Shown here: positions 39,301-49,000 of the stretch, one piece after another
How the letters are laid out: the number at the start of each line of letters is the position of its first letter
Numbering within the stretch: position 1 is the stretch's first letter
NCBI GenBank assembly: GCA_012517435.1
Contig: JAAYUY010000076.1
Span: forward strand, 1,609 to 65,608
Reading direction: 5' to 3'
Length of the DNA stretch: 64,000 nucleotides
Source of the DNA: Sphingobacteriales bacterium
GTDB lineage: Bacteria > Bacteroidota > Bacteroidia > CAILMK01 > JAAYUY01
The notes under the pieces: model-generated
The model's input: the letters and a program-made list of their open reading frames with translations, nothing else
Told to the model about the DNA's origin: nothing
Databases searched by the model: none
Translations under genes and position numbers: made by a program

Positions 39301-42300
39301 CTGGGGCTGGTCTGCGTGGAGCTGCTGTTGTCTCCGAAATCCCAGAGATTTGCAAAAGTTCCTGAACTGATGGAGGAAGTGTTTGTAAACACAAAATTAT
39401 TGTTCGTAAAACATTGTGAATCAGCATTTACACCAAACGAAGCCACCGGACTCGGATGGACGGTAACCGTTTTGGTCAGCGAGTCCTTACAGCCATAGTT
39501 CGAGGTGGCTATCAGCTTCACCTGATAAGTGCCTGCAGCGGTATAGCTATGCTGTGGTGAAGTTTGTGCTGAGGTGCTGTTGTCTCCGAAGTTCCATAAA
39601 TAAGTCAGTGTTCCGCTGCCGATGTTGGATTGATTGGTAAAGCTGAAACTGTTCCCATTTTTACATTGCTCTGTATTGTTGATGGCAAAAGAAACAGATG
39701 GATTTGCCCTGACATTCAGCGTTTTGGTTGTAGAATCCTTGCAACCCTTGTCGGAGATAAGCAATAGTTTCACCGTATAAGAACCAAAACCGGCATACGA
39801 GTGACTGGGGCTGGTCTGCGTGGAGCTGCTGTTGTCTCCGAAATCCCAGAGATTTGTAAACGTTCCTGAACTGATGGAGGAAGTGTTTGTAAACACAAAA
39901 TTATTGTTCGTAAAACATTGTGAATCAGCATTTACGCTAAACGAAGCCACCGGACTCGGATGGACGGTAACCGTTTTGGTCAGCGAGTCTTTACAGCCAT
40001 AGTTCGAGGTGGCTATCAGCTTTACCTGATAAGTGCCTGCAGCGGCATAGCTATGCTGTGGTGAAGTTTGTGCGGAGGTGCTGTTGTCTCCGAAGTTCCA
40101 TAAATAAGTCAGTGTTCCGCTGCCTATGCCGGATTGATTGGTAAAGCTGAAACTGTTCCCATTTTTACATTGCTCTGTATTGTTGATGGCAAAAGAAACA
40201 GATGGATTTGCCCTGACATAGACTGTTTTTGTCAGGCTGTCCTTACAACCAAAATCAGAAGTAACAACAAGCTTCACTATGAAAGAATCTGCTGTTGCAT
40301 AGCTATGTGAAGGATGCTGTTGGGTGGAAGTAGTGTTATCCCCAAAATCCCAACGATAGGTTATATTTCCGGAACTGATGGTCGATGAATTTGTAAAACT
40401 GAAATTATTTCCTGTCAGGCATTGCTCGGCAGTGTTGACACTGAACTGAACAGCAGGCTGCGGAAATACACGGATATTTTCAGTTACCGAATCAATACAG
40501 GCTTCATTGCTGATGGCTTTCAGCTTGACGGAATAAGTGTTGGCCGAGCTATAAGATTTTGAAGGACTTACAGAGGTCGAAGTGTCTCCGTTTCCGAAAT
40601 TCCAGAGATATGTCAAAGTTCCGCTACCGATTGAAGAATTGTTGGTAAACTTAAACGAATTTCCGCTCAGGCATTGGCTGTCGTTGTCAATGGTGAAGGA
40701 AGCAACAGGCATTTCAAAGACAGAAACTGTTTTTGTGACCGAATCCATACAGCCTTTGTCGGAAGTAATAATCTGACGGATATAATGAATACCTTTTGAA
40801 GTAAAAGATGTTGACGGATGCTGGCTGTTCGAAGTGGCTGAATTGTCGAAACGCCAGAGATAACTCATGCTTCCTGAGGCTATTTTGCTGGTATCGGTCA
40901 TCACAAAGTTATTGCCTGATAAGCATTGCCCGGTATCATTGATGGTAAAACCGGGCTGAGGCATGGGATAAACGTTAATGGTTTTATAGCTCGAATCGGA
41001 GCAGGAAGCATCGGAAGTAGCAATGAGCCACACATTGAAATTACCATGGGTGGTATAGGAATGGGTGGCTGTATCAGCAGTAGCAGTAGTGCCATCACCA
41101 AAACGCCACAGGCGGGTATAATTTCCACTGCTTAAGGTTGAAGTATTGTAAAAGTTGAAAGTGTTGCCATACAGACAATTTCCGGTAACAGGTGCTGAAA
41201 ATGAAACTACCGGAGTCGGATTGACCGTAACCATGACACTATCCGTATTCACACAGCCAAAGGAATCCTTCACCACAAGTTGATAAGCGGTGGTGGTGGT
41301 GGGAGAAGCTACCGGATTGCTGGCAGAATCGTCATTAAGCGTAGTGTAAGGCCGCCATGAATAGATATAGGGAGCTTTGGTTCCGCTGGCAGTGGGTGAT
41401 CCCCCGATAGTAACACTCTTACCGGAACAAATAGTTTTATCATTTCCTGCATTTGCAACAGGCAGGTTGAGAATCGGGAAATAATCGCTGAAACTCAGGC
41501 CTGCATCATTCAACGCATTGGTGATCAATATTCTGTAGTATTTTCCACTCACAATACTATCAGGCATTTCCCAGGTGTAAGTTGAATCGGTTATATCGAT
41601 GCCATTGGCAATAGGGACATAAGTTCTGCCACTGTCGGCTGTATATTTAATATTAATTAATGGTACTTCCACTTTTCGCCAGGCTATTGTTATGTCGGTA
41701 CCTTTACAATAAGCTGATAAGCTATCTGGTTTTACAATCATCTGGAAAGGCTTTATTTTGATGGTTGCCTCTCCTGTAGTTTTGGCTGCTTCCTTATTTC
41801 CCACATTGTCTTTTGCCCTTGTATAAAACCTGTATTCATTGCCATATTCACCCGAAAATATGGTAAAAGTATCGGCAATATCTTTTTTATACAGTGAGAA
41901 ATTTGAGCTGTTTTCAGAAACGTACAGATCATAGGTTTTGACACCTGAACCTTTGTTGTCGTCAGAACCTTTCCATGTAACCACCACTGAAGCCGTATCG
42001 ACTGAAGGAGGCAGGCTGTCCACCTTACTGTCGGGTGCTCCGGCATCAAACACATTGGCCCATGTATTGGTATAGATCGGGCTGTGAATATCGAATACAA
42101 TTTTGGCCTGAGCCTTAACGGTATCACTTGTTTTTACGGTTGTTTTCGGGAAAATATAAAAGCTGACAAATCCTTCTCCTCTATGGGTAATGCTGTCGTT
42201 GACGGGCAAAAAACCTTTGGAGGGATCGCTTGGCGGAAGACCATTATCAGGCCCGATGGATTCAAAAATCCAGAAAGCTTCTCCTTTTGTCGGGTCAATA

Positions 42301-44996
42301 CCAGCAATAAAATCGACATAAACGCCCAGAGAATCTTTCACATCAATCCGGGTGGCATAGCTTGTTTTATTAGCAGGAGCCTGAAAGGTAAAATCCCCGA
42401 AGCCAAAGTCTTTCAGCCGGAAAGTGTACATATCCATTTTGGGATCGAAGGGAAGCGTTACTATCACTCTCTGGGCAGGTGCGGAAGCAAATTTAGGATC
42501 GTTTTCAAAACGGACATTGTAATAAAGCGGGTCTGATTTACTGACGAAATGTTCAGGGCCAAAGCCTTCAGGGCCTGTAATATCGTTGGGGTCGCGTGAA
42601 CAAAGGATGGGAATAAACCAGACAAAGGTAGCTCCTGAAGCTTTACAACCATTGTCATCCACCACATCACAACGGTAAATACCTGTGGCACTGACCACCA
42701 GGGTCTGATTCGGCCAGCTATAGGTATAAGGGGCAGTTCCACCTGAAGCAACTGCCGTCAGGGTAACCGTTGGGTTTCCATCCTGCACACAGAAAGGAAT
42801 CACAGCCGGGCCTCCGAGAATATTTACATTTATTGGCAGGGGTTCTTCCACTGTCGTATCAGCATACCCTTTACACCCTCTGGCATCCTGTGCCATTACC
42901 TTGTAATATCCTGCCGGTACCGGAGCAAGGGTCTGTGTCCGTGCTCCTCCATAATTCCACAAATATGCAGAATATGGCAGTTCTCCCGAATGTGGTATGG
43001 CTTTAACCACGCCTGAAACATCACCGTGACATTTTATATCCTGCTTGGTAATGCCGACATAGGTCAATGAGTCAAAATTGAAATAATGTGCTTTATCGCT
43101 CTGTGAAGGGGTACTTGGTGTCCATGTTCCATTGCTGTTCAGCTTAGGAATATTGTTCCCCGACAGATTTGCCTGATTCTGAAATCCAAAAATATCCTGA
43201 TTGTAAAGGTCTTTTCCCGTAATAAAAAGTTTATGCTTTTTGTAAGTATGACCGGCTACCTTATCCACCGGAATGGTAAATTCCCATTTGGTCAGGGTAT
43301 CGGTGGCGGTATTCTTTTCTTCGGAATAACTCAGGGAAGGCACTTCGAGTTTGACACTTTTCATGGGCTCAGTGAGGTAAATGACTACTCTCACCGGTTT
43401 GTTACAAACAGCCACTGTATCCCTAATCAACTGATATTCATACCGGTTATTGGCAGACGACCAGTTCCACCGTGCATGATAAACCTTATTATTGTCTGCA
43501 TACACCTCCACTTCTCTGACCATTGGCCTGAAGTTTTGCACCATTACATTTTTGGTAAAAAAAGTATCATGTATCAGGTCACCAACCACTGCATAAACTT
43601 TATAAACCCCGTCAGGGAATTCCCATTCTCCCGGACTGCGGGCTTTATTGCCTGTGGGCCCTGCACCGTTCGACCATGTTTCCGTATTACGGGCATTGGT
43701 CGCCCACGACCTGCTATCATCAAGGTTTGTTTTTGAACCATTGAAACCGGAGGTATTGGTTAACAGCCATGTAAACCATTGCCAGAAATCATAGTCAGGA
43801 TCGGGCGTTACCGGTGGTTTTGAACGGTATGAATCCCAGGGAATAATCATTGCATTTAAAAGCGAATTTGATGTTTTATTGAAACTATCGCTTAAAAATT
43901 CATCACACTTAAATAACAAATAAGGAGAAGCAGCCGAACGAACAGTATCCACCCAGTTGTTGCCCACCTTTTTCCTGATATAATACCCCACCTTGTGTGG
44001 ATTTTGATAAAATCCGTTGGTGCTCATACGGTCCAGCAGCTCCCATTGAATATCCACTCTGTTGTAGGCTACAGTGTCAACAGTAGTATTGGTCCAGTTG
44101 CTGTCGAGCAGAAATTTAAAATACTTATTATCATCATTGGTATTCAGGGTAACAGGTTTATTGTTCCCGGGATCTTTGTCTTCATTCGATAAATACATTT
44201 GTAAAGCATGCCTTGTACCTGCCAGCATGGTAACACCATTTAACCAGCGGTGAAAATGAATATGATAACACTGGGTATTCCAGAAACTATCCACTATTTC
44301 ACCAATGGTATCTCCAGCCTTTATGGAAGTTCCAACGGTCAGGTATGGCCTGAGGTTTTTCATGTGGTTGTACTGGTAATATTGATTTACCCCGTTAATA
44401 AAAACCTGGACATTGATATATTTTCCGGTCTCTCCCTGTCCAAATGAAACAATCTGTCCGCTGAATGAGGCAATAACGGTTTCTGTCTTGTAATTATAGT
44501 CCCCGTTAATATCGACTCCTTCATGAAAATATTTATCCCCGCCTGCCATGATGGGTTGGTTAAAATTATGCATCAGATTACGGCTGGGACCGGTTTTAGC
44601 CTGATTCAATACAGGCCAGTATCTCTTAACATAAGTAAACTTTGTGCTCGAAGCGCTCCACACGCCTGCTTTTTTTACACCCATGTTAAAAGTAATGGTA
44701 TCTCCTTCCGAAAAATTAAAATTGTACCATTTACTGGTCAGATTTGAGGCTACTGTGCTGTCCCAATTGGAAAAATTACCCGAGTTTACTTTATATCTGA
44801 TCCGGTATGCCTGACACGGGGTATCCGCTGCCCATACAATAATAGCACTGTTATGGGAATAATCAGGTATAACAGATTTTATAACCGGCTGTGCCTTAAG
44901 ACTCATGGAGCCCGCCAGGAGGAATATTGTTAAAAGAAGATACTTCATCAAACAATTGTATTGAGCTTCTTTATACATTTTAGTTAATCCTTTCAT
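36390..44996 (-). CDS. Giant (2868 aa) T9SS-secreted surface protein. It has an FN3-like domain, an M23 peptidase domain, SprB repeats, an FN3 domain, 20-plus PKD domains and a type-A CTD.
   Basis: Uninterrupted ORF. The signal peptide is [20 protein letters not shown], so an alternative start at 44945 is possible. The C-terminus ([34 protein letters not shown]...[25 protein letters not shown]) matches the type-A CTD. The stop is convergent with ktrA-like. The annotated start lies 2 nt after the stop of the 340-aa gene. Confidence 0.92.
   Translation of the reverse strand: [2868 protein letters not shown]
38951..40217 (-). repeat. In-frame tandem DNA repeat of 504-bp units (two PKD domains each), about 2.5 near-identical copies
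   Basis: accggactcggatggacggtaaccgttttggtcagcga recurs at 38941, 39445 and 39949, an exact 504-bp period. The protein unit [24 protein letters not shown]...DSTTKTLNV repeats with a few substitutions. Confidence 0.88.
44219..44579 (-). other. M23 (LytM/lysostaphin-type) metallopeptidase domain within the 2868-aa protein
   Basis: Residues ~140-260. The HxxxD motif is HEGVD at 158-162 and the HxH motif is HIHFH at 244-248. They are ~82 aa apart, with a GDTIGEIV glycine-rich segment before HxH. This is the canonical M23 zinc-ligand arrangement. Confidence 0.65.
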
Positions 44997-44998
44997 AA

Positions 44999-46021
44999 TT
45001 ACCTGTTTAATTGAAGTTTAACCAATTGCTTCCCCGTCCTCAGCAGAATTTTATCCTTCCCTTCAAAAACTGCCATCCGGTAGGGTTCCCAGAATGGCGA
45101 CTCATTTATCTCAATTTCTGAAATCAGTTTTCCGTCTTTCAGGCTGATAGCCGACAGGTGATAGACGTTTCCCGAACCTAATGAAACAACAATAAAGTAA
45201 TCCTTATCAGCAGAAATGGTGATGGGATATCTGCTGAAGGTTTTGCCGGGCAGAACTCCTGAAAAAATAGGTTTTGCCCCATTATTTATGCTATAGAGTT
45301 TCCAGCCGTTTTCTTCTGTCACAATAAACTGTTTTTCGGAAATAAATTCAATTCCGCCAACACTCAGCGTATGATTCAGGCTGAAAAGTTTAGCTCCTTT
45401 ATCATCGTAAAAATCCGTAATAAAACTCATGCTTTCCTCTTTGAGGTAAGTGACAGCCATCAGTTCTCCACCGGGAGAAAGATTGACGGCCTGCGGAATG
45501 CAGTCTTCCATCCTGATTTCCCACTGAATATTCCCGTTTTTATCAACTTTCTTCAGGTATGGCAGGGAGTGAATGCTATCGATGTCCACATGGGCAAAGG
45601 CATAAAAATCACCTCCTGCAGAAGCAGCCACGGCATAAGGTGCATGACCTATTACTCCGACATTTTTAATCCAGTTCCCGTTTGTTTTTAAAACATGAAG
45701 TTCAAGGTTGTAATCTGTGTAAAAACCAGGTTCTTCTCCGTAATTAAATAATCTTTCAGCCTCCGGAACCACGATAAACATCCCAAGGGGTTTTTGTATT
45801 TCCATCCGCTGATTGTTGTAAGTAACAAATAACTCAGCCGGTTTTTCCACATAAAAATATCCTTCGAAACTTCCCGTAATAATTCCCTTGTTATCAGGCA
45901 GGTCGTTGATATTGTAATTCCTTGTGTAAGACACAGAAGATAAAATACGAAATCCGTTTTCCTGCGCTAAAACAAGGTGTGTCGAAAATACGGATAATAC
46001 TATCAAAATCCATTTATTCAT
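44999..46021 (-). CDS. Hypothetical secreted protein (340 aa) with beta-propeller-like (PQQ/BamB-like) repeats
   Basis: The signal peptide is MNKWILIVLSVFSTHLVLAQ. Several repeated strand motifs are present (GxxYAFAHVD, NGNIQWEI, ENGWKLYSI, GNVYHLSAISLKDGKLISEI). The stop is 2 nt before the start of the 2868-aa gene. The start is 23 nt after the stop of the 5482-aa gene. Confidence 0.75.
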   Translation of the reverse strand: MNKWILIVLSVFSTHLVLAQENGFRILSSVSYTRNYNINDLPDNKGIITGSFEGYFYVEKPAELFVTYNNQRMEIQKPLGMFIVVPEAERLFNYGEEPGFYTDYNLELHVLKTNGNWIKNVGVIGHAPYAVAASAGGDFYAFAHVDIDSIHSLPYLKKVDKNGNIQWEIRMEDCIPQAVNLSPGGELMAVTYLKEESMSFITDFYDDKGAKLFSLNHTLSVGGIEFISEKQFIVTEENGWKLYSINNGAKPIFSGVLPGKTFSRYPITISADKDYFIVVSLGSGNVYHLSAISLKDGKLISEIEINESPFWEPYRMAVFEGKDKILLRTGKQLVKLQLNR

Positions 46022-46044
46022 GATCGTCTTTTTTATCAGATTAA

Positions 46045-49000
46045 CTATTTAATTTCAGGCAACATGATCTGGAAGCCAAGACCGGCAGTTGACTTTGTAT
46101 AAATCAGGACAGAGCCGTAAGCACCCGGTCGAATGACCCATTGCGGGCCGTTCAGCTCCTTGAGCATAAAGGTCAGTTCGGTCTTTTTATTCTCAAGATC
46201 CGGAACACTCATTCCGACAGGCGCCAGAGCAAGACTTTTCAGGATAATGGTAGGCACATCAATATCTGTATTACCCACGTTGGCAAAATCGAGCGACATG
46301 GCCGTAATCGCAGAAGGCCTGACGTTGGCTGGTTTTGAAATACTGACCTGAAGGTCGGATGCCACTCCATTTACAATTTCAAAGCCCTTTATCAGTTTTG
46401 CCGTATCAGGCTTACTTGTTTTGATGGCTACCACATCATATTTGCCCAGCTTCGCACCCGCAAGGTTGTAGGTAACGAAAACCTTTGTCGGGTCAACATA
46501 AACAAGGGTGTCAGGCTCATAGACGGCACTGTCGTTTTGTAAAATAACCGTCATGGTGGTATCGAATTTACTTCCGCTGACAATTACGGTTACTTTCCCT
46601 GTATTTCCACCCTGGTTGGCACTGATTCCCCTGACTTCAAAATGAAGAATTTTCGCCATTAACCCTATTTTCTGCATGCTCCCTACCATCGTATAGCCGT
46701 AAACCATGATATAATAAGTACTGTCTTCCAGTGATGGCACTATTATTTCCTGATTGCCGTGGAAAGGCTCTGAATATGCATAATCGTAAACATTTCGGGT
46801 CGGTACCTTCAGATAACTGAGATACAACTCATTATCACCATTAACAGAATCACCGTACAGATTTAGTAACAGCGTTTCGGATTTCAGGGTATCGTGGCTT
46901 TCGAGTTTGAAATAGACCTCTGAATTATCATAAAGTGTATCGTAGGTCATGGTGTACCATGGCAGGTTCTGCACATTGACCTTCATGGTATCCACAGAAA
47001 TTTTTTCATTGTTGTTGTCATTGGTCTCATTGATGTTAGTAAGTATATCCGTCCTGACAATCACATAATAATAACCCAGCGTAACCCCTTTCAGTTGTTT
47101 TGTCATATTCTTTGAAACCTCCGTGTTGGGCGACAATCCGATGGTGTACTGATTCGTTCCGAACAATACGTCATTGACATCCCACTGATTGTCTTTTGAA
47201 ATATAAATGGCATCCCTGATGTAGCCTGTGGCGGGATTGATACCTGTATTTTTGATTTTGTAGGTAATGGTTGCTGATTTACCTGCAACGGCATTGAGTG
47301 GAAATCCGATATGAGAAACAATCAGGTCGCAGGGTGGAGCGGCAGTAATGGATATGGGGGCGCCCATGATGTTGTTGTCTTCTCCGTTATGCTCGTATTC
47401 TGCATCTGTGGCATCTGTTTTCAGTAAAATAATGCGGTTACCGGTGATATTTGAAGGTAAAAAGACCTGCTGACTCTGGTTGTAAGACGAGTTCACCGCC
47501 AATGAGGACGTTCGTTGAAAACTTCCTAGTAAGACATCGCTGCCGTCAATAGTAAAGTCAGCCGACAGATATATTCTGTCTTCAAAGGTAACACTGGTTG
47601 CTGCCTGCCCCTGATTTTTAACAGTCCACGTCACGGTAACGGGCTGTCCGGAGGTTCCGGTAGCTGGCGAATTGACAGATGTGGGTTTCAGGTCGGGTGT
47701 GAGGGTAAGCTTGATAAATATTTTCTTCATCTTATTCTGTGCGTCTGTCCTCGCCCGGTAATTATTGCTCAGGTTGACATCGTTGTTGTTGTTGTTTTCA
47801 TCCGTTACCACCAACAGGTAATAATTTCCTGTTATTCCGTTGGGCAGAGTCACATTAATGTTTTTCGTGTATGAAGCATTGGCTGCCAGCTGGGTTGTCA
47901 TGTCTTCACGGTTGATCAGGATGTCGGTGGCAGGGCTCCAGATGGAATCAGTTGAAAGATAGACCGCATTTTTGTAAGACGGAGCTAAACTCTTCCCCTG
48001 ACCATTGTTTTTAACCGAATAGGCAATGGCAAATGTTTTTCCTGAAGAGCCGGTGTCTCCGCAGGTTACATTGTAGATCATGAAATCAACCGGAGGATAG
48101 GCTTTGATATAAATAGGACGGAAAGAAGAGTTGTTGCTGTTTGAGGTATGCTCATAAATCTTGTCTTCATAATCTGTATAAACATGCAGGTAATATATTC
48201 CTGCAGTCAGGTTTGTTGCCAGTCCGGCCATGGTGGTGATATTGTAGGAATCACTGACGGCAAGCGAAGTTGGCCTGATCACATCTTTAAGTAAACTTGC
48301 TGTTGAAGAATTAAATACCGAGTCTTTTGAAATAAACACATTGTCTTTCCAAGATGAACCGGTAGCAGTAGCAGTTCCTTTGTTGGTAACCGTGAAATGA
48401 ACCGTTATCGGATCACCTGCTGTGGCAGTGTCGGGAGCTGATATTTCAACTACCTGAAGGTCAGGCCATGGGGACAAGGTAACCGTTATGGATGTATCGG
48501 CTTTTTTAGTGTTATTGTTTTCTCCCCCTGCTTCAAAGACATTATTGACTGCATCGGTGGCAATATACAGATAGTAAACACCTGAATATCCGTTGGGAAT
48601 GGTAATATTTGACGTTAACAGGTATTCATTGTTCACATTCATGCTTACAGAAGCAATGGTAATTTCCTGCAGAAATACTGCAGTGGAAGAATTGAATGTT
48701 GAATAAGGGGAAATATAGATTTTGTCTTTCCAGCCTCTGTTGATAATTTTTCCCGGGCCTGTGTTTTTATCTTTCCATTTGATATTAATGCTTGTTCCTG
48801 AATAGGCAGTTGCCGGATTTGAAATCCATGAAACTGTCAGGTCAGGCGATTTGATATAAATGGAATCGGGATCAGAAACATTGTTGTTTTCATAAGTGTA
48901 TTCATAAACACTGTTAAAACAGTCAGTTTTAACAAAAATGTAATATTTTCCGTTAATTCCTGTAGGAATGGTTATATTGCCCGGCAAAGTATCTGTCTGG

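Noticed and set aside
46045-46350. C-terminus of the 5482-aa protein considered as a divergent type-A CTD
   Set aside because: It ends in K and contains GxY-like motifs. It lacks the usual conserved type-A pattern seen clearly in the two neighbouring genes. It is therefore left as unassigned and flagged as a finding rather than called a CTD.
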